This document shows positions 16,818-26,367 of a stretch of 46,341 bases of DNA, one piece after another. Location of the stretch: the NCBI GenBank assembly GCA_028697025.1, contig JAQVFZ010000001.1, positions 1 to 46,341 on the forward strand. The letters run 5' to 3'. The notes under the pieces are model-generated. The model saw only the letters and a list, made by a program, of their open reading frames with translations. It was not told where the DNA came from and ran no database searches. Numbering within the stretch: position 1 is the stretch's first letter; each line of letters begins with the position of its first letter. Both the position numbers and the translations under genes were made by a program. This DNA comes from Candidatus Izemoplasmatales bacterium (GTDB taxonomy: Bacteria; Bacillota_I; Bacilli_A; Izemoplasmatales; Hujiaoplasmataceae).

Positions 16818-17558
16818 TTATTTTTTGCCAACAGTGGCGCAATAAATAGTGAAATGCTCTTCCCCATCAAGTTTTAATATTTTATCCAGCTTTTCTTGAT
16901 CATAAGCACAGATGGCACAAACTCCCGAATCGATTGCTTCTGCAGCAAGAGATAAGTTTTGACATGCATGTCCGGCTTCAATAGCTATCATTTTGTGAGC
17001 GCAAAAATCATATTTGTACTCAGTCCTGAAAGGTACGCTAGTGAAAAAGAAGACTAATGCTGCTCCTCGCAATTGTTTTAAGAGACCTTCATTGACATTC
17101 TCATCAATTAAATCATCATTATCTATCAATGCCAAACTATGCGATTCTTGTATATACAAGTAGATTCCTTTTTCGATATCTTGAACTTTATTAATGAAAA
17201 CATATGTTTCCATTGAATTCGTAGCGCCAGCGGTCGGTATGGTTCTGAAAACTGCGTTTTCACGAAACGACTCAACTCTGCAAGTTTCCCAGAGCAAGTA
17301 TGAAAGTTCTTCGAAAGATAGATTAATATCACTATAGGACCTTAAACTTCTTCTTGAAGCTATCACTTCCTGGAGTGTTTTTCTTATGATATTCGGAAAA
17401 ACTTTTAGTAAATCAATTTTCTTAGCTCCTGGTACGGATTTGAATTGCTCAGGCCGTTCTTTACCTTGTTTTTTGGCCGTATTAGTTTTGTACAAATCTG
17501 TCCATTTCGGCTTTATCGCTTCTCTGTTTCTCTTTATTCTGTCTTCCATTTTAGACAC
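16818..17558 (-). CDS. Nitroreductase-fold protein (SagB/ThcOx-type dehydrogenase family), stand-alone
   Basis: 246 aa with RRSLRSY and [15 protein letters not shown], which is similar to the PSAGxLYPxExY signature. It overlaps the msrB stop by 8 nt. Confidence 0.7.
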   Translation of the reverse strand: MSKMEDRIKRNREAIKPKWTDLYKTNTAKKQGKERPEQFKSVPGAKKIDLLKVFPNIIRKTLQEVIASRRSLRSYSDINLSFEELSYLLWETCRVESFRENAVFRTIPTAGATNSMETYVFINKVQDIEKGIYLYIQESHSLALIDNDDLIDENVNEGLLKQLRGAALVFFFTSVPFRTEYKYDFCAHKMIAIEAGHACQNLSLAAEAIDSGVCAICAYDQEKLDKILKLDGEEHFTIYCATVGKK

Positions 17559-17982
17559 TCCCGAAAAGGCTTAAATATTCTTTATAGCCTCTTTCAGCCA
17601 TCTTTTCTTTGGGAATGAATTCCAAAGAAGCTGAATTAATACAATATCTTAGATTGCCTTCCGGCCCATCATCAAAGACATGACCTAAATGACTATTGGC
17701 AGATTTTGATCTTACTTCAGTTCTAATCATTCCATGAGAAAAATCCAGTTTTTTGATAATCTCCTTCTCATTCAGCGGTTTAGTGAATGAAGGCCAACCG
17801 CAGTGAGCATTAAATTTATCCTTTGAGGAGAATAATACTTCCTTAGAAACTATATCAACGTATATCCCTTCACGAAACTCATCATTGTATTCATTTTCAT
17901 AAGGTTTCTCCGTACCTTTTTCTTGAGTCACTTTGTATTGTAGTGGAGTTAACTTTCTAATGTTTTCATCATATTTGCTCAT
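17551..17982 (-). CDS. msrB: Peptide-methionine (R)-S-oxide reductase, zinc-less form
   Basis: 143 aa with [18 protein letters not shown] and [11 protein letters not shown]. Both CxxC zinc motifs are replaced (VDIVSKE and RSKSANS). Confidence 0.9.
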   Translation of the reverse strand: MSKYDENIRKLTPLQYKVTQEKGTEKPYENEYNDEFREGIYVDIVSKEVLFSSKDKFNAHCGWPSFTKPLNEKEIIKKLDFSHGMIRTEVRSKSANSHLGHVFDDGPEGNLRYCINSASLEFIPKEKMAERGYKEYLSLFGSV

Positions 17983-17987
17983 ATTTA

Positions 17988-19100
17988 TTAAAAAGGCAGT
18001 TTTTTGTTTAAACCAAGCTCTTCATTTACTTCTTTTATGTCATTTATACACGCTTGGTTTAAAGGCACTCCTTTATCCTTTCTTTCCAACCAGACTAAAT
18101 ATTCTTTTTCTCCGGCTGTATAGATTTTATCCTCTCCAGGTGCTTTTTCGCTGTTTCTCAAAGCGCGCAGGATGTCGCCTGCAGTTTTTTTGAAAACTTC
18201 CTGGCCCATGAAAGCTTCCGTATCAATGGCGATAAAAAAATGTCCGAGGTGATATGGTTGAAGTTTTCCTTCATCGTCCCTTCCGCTAAGCATCTTCAAA
18301 AAACTACCGGCTTGTAACGCTGCACTTAATATTTCCACGACAGTTGCGTATCCATACCCTTTATATCCGGCTAGTTCTTCGCCAATTCCCCCGAGCGGAG
18401 CTAAAGCAGCTTGATTGTTGACCAAATCTTTAAGAATTTGTTTAGAGTCTGTTTTCGCCAATCCATCTCGGCCAACCACCATACCTTTCGGCGTATCTTT
18501 ATCGATTTTAGCAAAATATTCAATTTTTCCTCTTTGAGTTATGCTTGTGGCACAATCCAAGACAAACGGAAAATCCTCGTCAGTGGGTATACCAAAAGTC
18601 AGGGGATTTGTGCCAAGCATGTTTTCTACGCCAAAAGTTGGAGCGATTGAAGGTCTGGCGTTGGTTCCCGTTATGCCAATCATTCCCGCTTCAGAGGCCA
18701 TGGTGGCATAGTAGCCAGCTATCCCGTAATGTGTGGAATTTCGAACAGCGACCATGCCCATACCGAATTTTTTGGCTTTCTCAATTGCCAATTTCATCGC
18801 TTTATAACTAGCAACCATACCCATGCCGTCATTGGCATCAAACACTGCTGTTGTAGCGGTTTCTCGTAAAACATCAATCTTAGTTAGAGGATTTTGAATT
18901 CCCGCTTTGATGCGGTCAATATAAATCGGCTTAAAGCGATTGACTCCATGACTTTCAATCCCGCGTCTGTCACTTTCCATTAAGATTTCCGAACAAATCT
19001 TTGCATCGTCTTCTGGGACTCCTATTTTTTTAAAAGCACTAACCATGAAATCATTTATAAAATCCCAACTCACATAAATTCTTTCATCCATATCATCCAC
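17988..19100 (-). CDS. Ldh2-family (malate/L-lactate/ureidoglycolate-type) NAD(P)H oxidoreductase
   Basis: 370 aa. ESHGVNRF, the [11 protein letters not shown] region and the overall length fit the Ldh_2 family. The start could be the GTG at 19100 or the ATG at 19091. Confidence 0.75.
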   Translation of the reverse strand: MDDMDERIYVSWDFINDFMVSAFKKIGVPEDDAKICSEILMESDRRGIESHGVNRFKPIYIDRIKAGIQNPLTKIDVLRETATTAVFDANDGMGMVASYKAMKLAIEKAKKFGMGMVAVRNSTHYGIAGYYATMASEAGMIGITGTNARPSIAPTFGVENMLGTNPLTFGIPTDEDFPFVLDCATSITQRGKIEYFAKIDKDTPKGMVVGRDGLAKTDSKQILKDLVNNQAALAPLGGIGEELAGYKGYGYATVVEILSAALQAGSFLKMLSGRDDEGKLQPYHLGHFFIAIDTEAFMGQEVFKKTAGDILRALRNSEKAPGEDKIYTAGEKEYLVWLERKDKGVPLNQACINDIKEVNEELGLNKKLPF

Positions 19101-19195
19101 ATCCTATTCCTATTGATTTGACTAAATTATATCATAATATAATAATTTTTGGATTATTATTGGCGACAAACTGATATTCGGCTGTAATATACCGT

Positions 19196-19223
19196 TTTGA
19201 TTTTAAATAAATCGTGTTATAAT
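19196..19223 (+). promoter_or_regulatory. Candidate promoter for the M29 aminopeptidase (TTGATT, 16 nt, TGtTATAAT)
   Basis: TTGATT is at 19196-19201. An extended -10 box TGTTATAAT is at 19215-19223. Confidence 0.55.
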
Positions 19224-19257
19224 AACTTTTAGATTGTTTAGAAAGGAAACCCATAAA

Positions 19258-20493
19258 ATGCCAAAAGATATACTATTAGAAAAACTAGCTAATCTAGCCG
19301 TAAAAATTGGGGCAAATGTTCAAAAAGACCAAATTGTTGTTGTTAACGCTCCAACTGAAGCTCAAGAGATTGCTAGAAAAGTTACAAAACACGCTTATGA
19401 AGCAGGAGCAAAAAGAGTGATTGTCAACTGGCGTGATGATATCAATAACCGTTATTCATTGGAGTATGAAAGTTTGGAAACATTGCAAGACATTCCACAG
19501 TTTTCGATTGATAGAATGAGGTATTTTGTCGATAATGGAGCTTGCGTAATTTCTATAGTCTCTCCAATACCTGGAGCTAATAAAGGTGTAGATGCAAACA
19601 AAATTCAAGTTGCCGGAATCGCTTCAAGCAAGGCTTTGAATTTTTATCGTGAACATATGATGGGCAATAAGAGTCAATGGACAATAATAGCTGCGTCAAA
19701 TCCGGTTTGGGCAAAAAAAGTATTTCCCGACATGGATGAAGCTAAAGCAACGGAAGCATTATGGAATGCAATTTTTCACGCTTCCAGAGTCAATGAAGAA
19801 ACAGATCCAATCGAAGAATGGAACAAACACAATAATCAATTAATCAATCACAATAAGATTCTCAACGATTATCAGTTTGATTCTCTTCATTTCACCAATT
19901 CATTAGGCACTGATTTAACTATCAAATTGGTTGATAACCATGTGTGGTCTGGAGGACAGGAAAAAGCTACGACAGGTGTGGTCTTTAATCCTAACATTCC
20001 CACAGAAGAAAATTTCACCATGCCTCACAAATTTGGCGTAAACGGTAAGGTTGTCGCTACAAAACCACTTGATTATCAAGGCAATCTGATTGAAGATTTC
20101 TGGTTAGAATTCAAAGACGGCAAAGTTGTAAACTTTGATGCAAAAAAAGAAAGGTCAACCCTAAAGAACCTACTTGAATTTGATGAAGGTAGTTCTTATC
20201 TTGGCGAAGTGGCTTTGATAGGTTATAATTCACCAATCTCACAAGCAAATATCCTTTTCTACAATACCTTGTTTGATGAAAATGCTTCTTGCCATTTGGC
20301 TTTAGGTCGTGCTTATCCAATGAACATCAAGGGTGGTACTGGAATGGAAATTAAAGAACTGGAGAAACACGGATATAACAATTCCATGTCGCACTCAGAT
20401 TTCATGTTTGGCAGTAAAGACATGAATATCGTAGGCATTACAAAAGAAGGCAAAAAAATTCAAATATTCAAGGATGGTAATTTTGTAATTTAA
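19258..20493 (+). CDS. Aminopeptidase, M29 family (AmpS/PepS-like)
   Basis: The start is moved to ATG 19258, with AAAGGA 10 nt upstream, because the track's TTG at 19234 has no RBS. The N-terminus MPKDILLEKLANLAVKIGANVQKDQ and the length are typical of M29 enzymes. Confidence 0.85.
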   Translation: MPKDILLEKLANLAVKIGANVQKDQIVVVNAPTEAQEIARKVTKHAYEAGAKRVIVNWRDDINNRYSLEYESLETLQDIPQFSIDRMRYFVDNGACVISIVSPIPGANKGVDANKIQVAGIASSKALNFYREHMMGNKSQWTIIAASNPVWAKKVFPDMDEAKATEALWNAIFHASRVNEETDPIEEWNKHNNQLINHNKILNDYQFDSLHFTNSLGTDLTIKLVDNHVWSGGQEKATTGVVFNPNIPTEENFTMPHKFGVNGKVVATKPLDYQGNLIEDFWLEFKDGKVVNFDAKKERSTLKNLLEFDEGSSYLGEVALIGYNSPISQANILFYNTLFDENASCHLALGRAYPMNIKGGTGMEIKELEKHGYNNSMSHSDFMFGSKDMNIVGITKEGKKIQIFKDGNFVI

Positions 20494-20496
20494 TCT

Positions 20497-20527
20497 AAGA
20501 CCGCTAAACATGGCGGTCTTTTTTTCT
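20497..20527 (+). terminator. Rho-independent terminator of the aminopeptidase gene
   Basis: GACCGC (20499-20504) pairs with GCGGTC (20513-20518). A T9 run follows. Confidence 0.8.
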
Positions 20528-20592
20528 ATAATGAATATGTTGTTCGATATATTTGTTTAAAATACAATAAAATGACTTTTTCCAATACATTA

Positions 20593-20621
20593 TTGACATT
20601 CAACATGATTTTCTCTATAAT
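20593..20621 (+). promoter_or_regulatory. Consensus sigma-A promoter of the AraC-family gene (TTGACA, 17 nt, TATAAT)
   Basis: TTGACA is at 20593-20598, followed by a 17-nt spacer and TATAAT at 20616-20621. This excludes the track's TTG start at 20621. Confidence 0.7.
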
Positions 20622-20641
20622 TGTCTAGTAAGGAGAAAATT

Positions 20642-21817
20642 ATGAAAATAGAAAAAATTGCTTACAACATCCACTACATGACAACTATCTCCTTTTCATT
20701 TTACGAGAATAATGTCAAAACTTATGAAACAAATTCTCTGCTTCTTCCTGAAGAATTAAAAGCAGAAATCAATCAATTTAAACAGTCAATTGTCGAAAAT
20801 CATAAAGACAGCAAAACCTTGAGAGTTCAAGATAAGAACGGATTGACTTTTTTATGTTTGTTTGCCAATGAAAGAAATATTATTATTGGTCCATTTTTAA
20901 TCAATGACGATTTTGAACACTTCATCGATAATCTTATCGTCAATCATCGTTTTATCAATGAAGAAGCAATTATGGTTGAACAATTTTACTACAACGCGAA
21001 AATACTTACCGAATCTCACCAAACAATTTTAGTCAGAATGCTTCAAAATTCAGAATTCTTTGAATTTGACAAGGTTAGAATTTTCAATGTTCAAGTAAAG
21101 AAAGTAGATAATAACGGATCCATAAAGGAAAACTCTGAAATTGACGTCAATGCCAAATACGTAGAAGCCAACAACCAAATTCAAGAAAGATTGTTGACAA
21201 TAATAAGAAATGGTGACGTTGAATCGGCTAGATCTTTTGATTTTGCAAAAACTGCAAATCAACTTTTGATTTATCGCAACAATCCATTCACAAACATGAA
21301 AACTTCATTGATGATTTTTGATGCCTTATCCAATCGAGAAGCTTTAAAGTCCGGTGTTGATCTTTTTTTAGCAAACAAAATTTCCAATAACATCAAATTT
21401 AATATCAATAAGATTAGCATGTCTTCGGAAGCCAGAACCATGGCAGAGAAAATACTTACTAGTTATGCAAAAGTAGTAAGGGATTATACCTTGATAAATC
21501 ATAGCAGCAATATCAAGAAGATTATTTTGTATATCAGGAAAAACCTGACCAATAAAATTTCCCTAGATGATATTGCTGGCGATTTATTCATCACCAAAGA
21601 ACACTTGTCTCGATTATTCAAGAAAGAGATGGGTTTGACAATTTCAGAATATATTATCAACGCCAAGATTGAAGAAGCAAAAACCCTGTTAAAGGAAACC
21701 GATTATAACGTTTTGGATATTGCTGTATTACTGAACTTTGCCAATAGTTCCCACTTCTCGAATTCATTCAAGAAAATTACCGGCATGGCTCCTAGTGACT
21801 ACCGTAAAACCCTATGA
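20642..21817 (+). CDS. AraC-family transcriptional regulator with an unassigned ~280-aa N-terminal sensor region
   Basis: The start is ATG 20642, with AGGAG 6 nt upstream. The C-terminal dual HTH reads ISLDDIAGDLFITKEHLSRLFKKEMG...LLNFANSSHFSNSFKKITGMAPSDYRK. Confidence 0.9.
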   Translation: MKIEKIAYNIHYMTTISFSFYENNVKTYETNSLLLPEELKAEINQFKQSIVENHKDSKTLRVQDKNGLTFLCLFANERNIIIGPFLINDDFEHFIDNLIVNHRFINEEAIMVEQFYYNAKILTESHQTILVRMLQNSEFFEFDKVRIFNVQVKKVDNNGSIKENSEIDVNAKYVEANNQIQERLLTIIRNGDVESARSFDFAKTANQLLIYRNNPFTNMKTSLMIFDALSNREALKSGVDLFLANKISNNIKFNINKISMSSEARTMAEKILTSYAKVVRDYTLINHSSNIKKIILYIRKNLTNKISLDDIAGDLFITKEHLSRLFKKEMGLTISEYIINAKIEEAKTLLKETDYNVLDIAVLLNFANSSHFSNSFKKITGMAPSDYRKTL

Positions 21818-21838
21818 ATGAAGATATAGGGTTTTTTA
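21806..21838 (+). terminator. Rho-independent terminator of the AraC-family gene
   Basis: AAAACCCTAT (21806-21815) pairs with ATAGGGTTTT (21826-21835). The stem includes the stop codon and a T-run follows. Confidence 0.75.
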
Positions 21839-21899
21839 TTTTCTATTATGTGATAAAATACTGATATTACAATATTAGGCAAAGCGAGGAATTTTGAGT

Positions 21900-23084
21900 A
21901 TGAAATTAAGTCGGAAAACAAAAAATATTCTTATAGTAATTGCTTTAATATTAATGATTGTTTATGCAATTGATGTTTTTATTGGCACGAACTATATTAA
22001 TAAGCTACTTATCAATGACCAGGAAGCTCCTGTAATAAATATTTCCGAATTGCCAAATAAACATCTAATCAATCGTGATTTCGACTATGAACAGATAAAA
22101 TGCACGGATAATCATGACGAAATATGCAATGTTATTGTAAATGGCACTTTTGATACTTCGGTCTCCGGTCAACAAACCATCATTCTCGAAGCTACCGATT
22201 CTTCCGGGAACAAGAAAACTGAGAACTACACCATCACGATTGTTGAAAATGTAGACGGTTCAATGTACATCCCATTAGGATATTATGATTCCATTCAGGA
22301 TTTGACTGGTGAAGAACTTAAATCAGCGCTTAATGATATTATCACCGGTCATATTGAATTTCCATACACATCAACAGAAACGGATGTTTGGGATTTGATT
22401 ATGCTAGCGGATGAAGATCCGGAAAACAGCGATAATGTCATTATGTTCTACTCGGGATTCTCTTGGTATAAAGGTTGTCAAGACACAACAACTCCGCCAG
22501 ATTACTGTGAAACTGAAGTCGATGGAGAATTGACTTTCGTGGAATGGAACCGAGAACACGTATGGTCGAAATCTCGTGGTGATTTTGAAATTAAGGAAGG
22601 AACTACTTCTGTTTTGGCCATGGGAGCTCATACTGACTTACATCACCTTGTCGCTGAAGAAAGAAATATGAACTCAACCAAAAACAATCGTATGTTCGAG
22701 GATTGCCGTGACGGCGACGACATAAATGTAGTAGACGTCGGTTATGGAAATTACACCTGTAATGAATGGGATTTTGAACCTCGAGACGAAGTGAAAGGTG
22801 ATGTCGCTAGAATGTTATTTTATATGGCGGTAAGATACGAAGGTGAGGAAGGCGATATGGTTGACTTGGAGTTGATTAATGAACCCAATTCCGATAAGCT
22901 GTCAAAACTTCCATTGTATGGCGATTTGGATGATTTGTTGAGATGGCATGAGGAAGATCCTGTTTCTGAAAGAGAAATTCTGAGAAATCAAGTAGTTTAT
23001 ACTTATCAAAACAATCGCAATCCTTTCATCGACATGCCCGAGCTTGTAGAACTGATTTGGGGCAAACCTGAAGATTATAACTAA
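21900..23084 (+). CDS. Membrane-anchored Endonuclease I-family nuclease with an Ig-like spacer domain
   Basis: The start is taken at ATG 21900, with GAGGA 9 nt upstream. There is an N-terminal TM anchor (ILIVIALILMIVYAIDVFI) and an Ig-like module APVINISELP...EATDSSGNKK. Endonuclease I hallmarks follow: NREHVWSKS, DLHHLVAEERNMNSTKNN, KGDVARMLFYMAVRY and NRNPFID. Confidence 0.85.
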   Translation: MKLSRKTKNILIVIALILMIVYAIDVFIGTNYINKLLINDQEAPVINISELPNKHLINRDFDYEQIKCTDNHDEICNVIVNGTFDTSVSGQQTIILEATDSSGNKKTENYTITIVENVDGSMYIPLGYYDSIQDLTGEELKSALNDIITGHIEFPYTSTETDVWDLIMLADEDPENSDNVIMFYSGFSWYKGCQDTTTPPDYCETEVDGELTFVEWNREHVWSKSRGDFEIKEGTTSVLAMGAHTDLHHLVAEERNMNSTKNNRMFEDCRDGDDINVVDVGYGNYTCNEWDFEPRDEVKGDVARMLFYMAVRYEGEEGDMVDLELINEPNSDKLSKLPLYGDLDDLLRWHEEDPVSEREILRNQVVYTYQNNRNPFIDMPELVELIWGKPEDYN

Positions 23085-23123
23085 AAAAGACAACGGCTAG
23101 TAAGCGATAACTTACTAGCCGTT
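23084..23123. terminator. Hairpin terminator between the convergent nuclease and L25 genes
   Basis: A 13-bp perfect stem forms between AACGGCTAGTAAG (23092-23104) and CTTACTAGCCGTT (23111-23123). The minus strand has a T6 run; the T-tract on the plus strand is weaker. Confidence 0.8.
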
Positions 23124-23127
23124 ATTA

Positions 23128-23727
23128 TTATTCTTTATGTTTTTCGGTGATAATTTCTACCTCTTGAACTTCTTCTTCCTCAACTTCTTCAATTTCTTGA
23201 TATCTGCTTTCAACCAGATTGACAATTGGTTTGTCCATTGGATCTAAAACAGTTATACCTTTAGGAATTATGAGATCTTCAACCTTGATTACATCTCCTA
23301 TTTCCAACTTGGATACATCGACATCGATTTGATGGATGTTTTCACCGATACCATATTCTACTTCAATTGAATCAGCTAAATGTTGAATGATTACTCCCGG
23401 TTTTTCAATTATTTCTTTGCCCATGATGTTTATCGGCAGATGTGATCTAATCATGTCTCCTGCCATTACTTTCAGCAGTTTCACATTTAAGAATTGGTTA
23501 TGGTTGATATGATGCCTTTGAACTTCTTTGATATAGACATCATGTTTCTTTCGGCCAATCTTAACTTCAAACGTTTGGGTCAAACCATATTGTTTGAATG
23601 CCTCATTGAATTCTTTTTCATCAATTTGAATCGCTTCGGGTTCAATTGATTTACCAAACAAAACTCCCGGTATTTTATGTCCTGCCCTAACTGATTTTAG
23701 ATTTTCAGTTCTCTTCTCAAGTTTCAT
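23128..23727 (-). CDS. ctc: 50S ribosomal protein L25 / general stress protein Ctc (long form, acidic tail)
   Basis: 199 aa. The N-terminus RAGHKIPGVLFGKSIEPEAIQIDEKEF is typical of L25/Ctc. The C-terminal tail is Glu-rich. RBS is AAAGGAG. Confidence 0.8.
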   Translation of the reverse strand: MKLEKRTENLKSVRAGHKIPGVLFGKSIEPEAIQIDEKEFNEAFKQYGLTQTFEVKIGRKKHDVYIKEVQRHHINHNQFLNVKLLKVMAGDMIRSHLPINIMGKEIIEKPGVIIQHLADSIEVEYGIGENIHQIDVDVSKLEIGDVIKVEDLIIPKGITVLDPMDKPIVNLVESRYQEIEEVEEEEVQEVEIITEKHKE

Positions 23728-23768
23728 AAATTAAGCTCCTTTCAAATTAAATTATTTATGACATCAAT

Positions 23769-23779
23769 ATTATACCACA
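23769..23779 (-). promoter_or_regulatory. Extended -10 promoter element (TGTGgTATAAT) upstream of ctc
   Basis: The minus strand reads TGTGGTATAAT about 40 nt upstream of the ATG. No good -35 box is present, which extended -10 promoters tolerate. Confidence 0.4.
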
Positions 23780-23817
23780 TTTTGGAAAGAAATGCATTTG
23801 TGCGAAATCAATACAGA

Positions 23818-26253
23818 TTAATTTATTAATTTCTTCTGTTTTGCTTTTTTCAATTTTCTCTCACTAAAATATTTTTTTAAGCCCGCAAAAAATTGACCAT
23901 TAAACATCATGATTAGTCCATTCAATTGGCCATGAGAAATTTTCCCGGCAGACATTCTTGCCAAACCTCTTAATGGCAAATGCAAAACGCCCATGATTAA
24001 GAAATTGGCTTTTTCGCGTTGTTTTGTAAAATTATAATATCTAATCAAGCCATTGATTATAGCAATCAAAAGTCTTCCTGAGAAGCCTTTGGCATATTTG
24101 AGATAAGCAACTGTAGTGTTGTAATTGACCAATAAACGATTTTTCTTAAAAAATATCGTTTTTGAAATCGGAAGTTTTCTTCCAAGAAGCAATTCGAATT
24201 CACTATCGTTAATTCTAGTGATGTTACCAGAATAATAAGAAGGCAAATTTTGAGAATTAAAAGTAGTATCAACCGTTTCGCCCGAAACATGGATGACTTC
24301 TTGCAATCGTATATCTTGTGAAGAAGAGCCAATCATAATATTATAATCCAGTTCTTCTACGATCCATTTATTGTTTTTAACATGATAAAAATCGAAGGCA
24401 TAATCATCGAGTGTTATTTCAACTATGACGGTTTCTCCTGCTTTTATGTAATTTTTGCTAAATGCTTTCAACTCTTTAACTGGTCGATAAACTTTTGATT
24501 TAATAGCGCTTATATATACTTGAGAGATTTCACTTCCATCAAAATTTCCAGTATTTGTAATATTAAACTTAATGGTTTTTCCATCTATGTTTAAATCACT
24601 ATACTCGAAATTTGTATATGATAACCCATAACCAAAAGGAAATTTAATCAGCGATGGTTTATAATCAAAATACCTATATCCCACAAAAATACTCTCACGA
24701 TATTCAACGGTTTCTTCTTTTCCTGGAAAATACTGGCTACTAGGGTAGTCTGAATAATTGCCTGCGATTGTTTCGGAAAGTTTTCCGCTAGGGTTAACAA
24801 TTCCTGACAAAATTTTTAAAGTTGCTTTAGCGCCAGATTGTCCGCTTAATGACGTGTGTATTATTGCTTCAACTTTATCAGCCCAAGGCATCTCTACAGC
24901 ACTGCCAGCCGCTAATACAACTACTATTGGTTTATTAGTTTGACACAGATTTTCCAATAAATCAAGCTGATTTTGAGGCAATGACATATTCGATCTATCC
25001 ATGCCTTCTACTTCCGAAAATTCGTCAAGACCAATGAACAGTAATATCACGTCGCTCTTGTCAGCCAAAAGTTCCGCCTTTTTTATTAAGGCTTTGGACT
25101 GCTTGCCATAACGTTTAAACCCAGGTTCATAGCCAATAAAATTCAAGTTAAAACCTTTGATTGAATCTTTTACATTATCTAGCTTCGTTGGATTGACTAT
25201 CGAAGAACCCGCTCCTTGAAATCTTGGCTTAGCTGCAAAGTCTCCAATGATTGCAATTTTTCTCTTTTCGTCGAGAGGAAGAATTTTGTTGTTGTTTTTC
25301 AACAGGACGATCGACTCTAGAGCAGCTTCTTCAGCCAAACCGTGATGATCCTCGATGTCAAATCCATTCATCGAATCCGATTTTTCATTATAGGTTTCAA
25401 AAATCAAGGTCAATAGCCTATCGACATTTTCATCTAATATCGATTCATCCAAATATCCGGATTTGACAGCTTCAATTATTTCTTGGTCGGTTTCTCCCGA
25501 AGTAGATGGCATCTCCAACGAATTTCCAGCTATTAATCCCATTACTCTGTCATTGTTGCCGCCCCAGTCGGTAACAACGACACCTTCATACTTCCACTCT
25601 TTTCTTAAGATATCCTGCATTAAATGTGTGTTTTCATTGGTGTAGTATCCGTTTAACCTGTTATAGGAGGACATTAAACATTTTAGTCCTCCTTCTTTAA
25701 TGCCTATTTCAAAAGCTTTCAAATAGATTTCTCTTAAAGCTCTTTCATCGATAATTGAATCAATAACCATCCGTCGATATTCTTGATTATTGGCTGCAAA
25801 ATGCTTTTGACACGCAGATACTCCCTGTGATTGTATACCCCTGATATAAGCGGCAGAAAATTTACCTGCTAGTAAAGGGTCTTCACTAAAGTATTCAAAA
25901 TTCCTGCCACAAAGAGGATTGCGTTTAATATTCGTACCAGGTCCAAGCAAGACATTTACGCCTTGGCTTTTAGCTTCTTTTCCCAGATATTCACCGATTT
26001 TTTCCGCTAACGTAACATTCCAACTATTAGCTACTGTCGCAGCGGTTGGATAACAAGTGGCAGGTATGCTTTCATTTAGACCTACATGGTCTGGAGATAT
26101 CGCTTGCTTTCTGATACCATGGGGACCGTCTGCGAGAAAAATGCTTGGTATGTTTAATCTTTCAATTGGTTTTGTAGTCCAAAAGTCTTTACCTGACATC
26201 AAGCCAGCCTTTTCTTCCAACGTCATTTGATCAATAAGATTTTTATATTTCAT
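23818..26253 (-). CDS. Glycoside hydrolase family 3 beta-glucosidase (cytoplasmic) with a ~140-aa C-terminal extension
   Basis: The start is moved to ATG 26253, with GGAGGA 7 nt upstream. GH3 motifs are KRNPLCGRNFEYFSEDP, the nucleophile region GVVVTDWGG, and an FnIII-like FPFGYGLSYTNF. Confidence 0.9.
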   Translation of the reverse strand: MKYKNLIDQMTLEEKAGLMSGKDFWTTKPIERLNIPSIFLADGPHGIRKQAISPDHVGLNESIPATCYPTAATVANSWNVTLAEKIGEYLGKEAKSQGVNVLLGPGTNIKRNPLCGRNFEYFSEDPLLAGKFSAAYIRGIQSQGVSACQKHFAANNQEYRRMVIDSIIDERALREIYLKAFEIGIKEGGLKCLMSSYNRLNGYYTNENTHLMQDILRKEWKYEGVVVTDWGGNNDRVMGLIAGNSLEMPSTSGETDQEIIEAVKSGYLDESILDENVDRLLTLIFETYNEKSDSMNGFDIEDHHGLAEEAALESIVLLKNNNKILPLDEKRKIAIIGDFAAKPRFQGAGSSIVNPTKLDNVKDSIKGFNLNFIGYEPGFKRYGKQSKALIKKAELLADKSDVILLFIGLDEFSEVEGMDRSNMSLPQNQLDLLENLCQTNKPIVVVLAAGSAVEMPWADKVEAIIHTSLSGQSGAKATLKILSGIVNPSGKLSETIAGNYSDYPSSQYFPGKEETVEYRESIFVGYRYFDYKPSLIKFPFGYGLSYTNFEYSDLNIDGKTIKFNITNTGNFDGSEISQVYISAIKSKVYRPVKELKAFSKNYIKAGETVIVEITLDDYAFDFYHVKNNKWIVEELDYNIMIGSSSQDIRLQEVIHVSGETVDTTFNSQNLPSYYSGNITRINDSEFELLLGRKLPISKTIFFKKNRLLVNYNTTVAYLKYAKGFSGRLLIAIINGLIRYYNFTKQREKANFLIMGVLHLPLRGLARMSAGKISHGQLNGLIMMFNGQFFAGLKKYFSERKLKKAKQKKLIN

Positions 26254-26342
26254 TGGTTCATCCTCCAATTTTGGTTTCACAAATGTAATCATATTTTTAA
26301 TCAATTTTATAACAAATACAGTTTATATACAAGACACACCAA

Positions 26343-26367
26343 ATAAAAAAGCCCAATTAATGGGCTT
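26343..26367 (-). terminator. Rho-independent terminator after the carboxylesterase gene
   Basis: The minus strand reads AAGCCCA-ttaat-TGGGCTT followed by a T6 run. The hairpin overlaps the stop codon. Confidence 0.75.

Noticed and set aside
16818-17558. Possibility that the SagB/ThcOx-type dehydrogenase marks a thiazole/oxazole RiPP (TOMM) cluster
   Set aside because: No YcaO cyclodehydratase, precursor-peptide-like small ORF, protease or ABC exporter is nearby. The neighbours are msrB and an Ldh2-family dehydrogenase. A stand-alone nitroreductase is the simpler reading.
23818-24240. A ~140-aa amphipathic, basic C-terminal extension of the GH3 beta-glucosidase
   Set aside because: I cannot tell by eye whether this is a conserved accessory region of a GH3 subfamily, which seems likely, or something unusual. 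No independent ORF, repeat or frameshift signal supports a separate feature.
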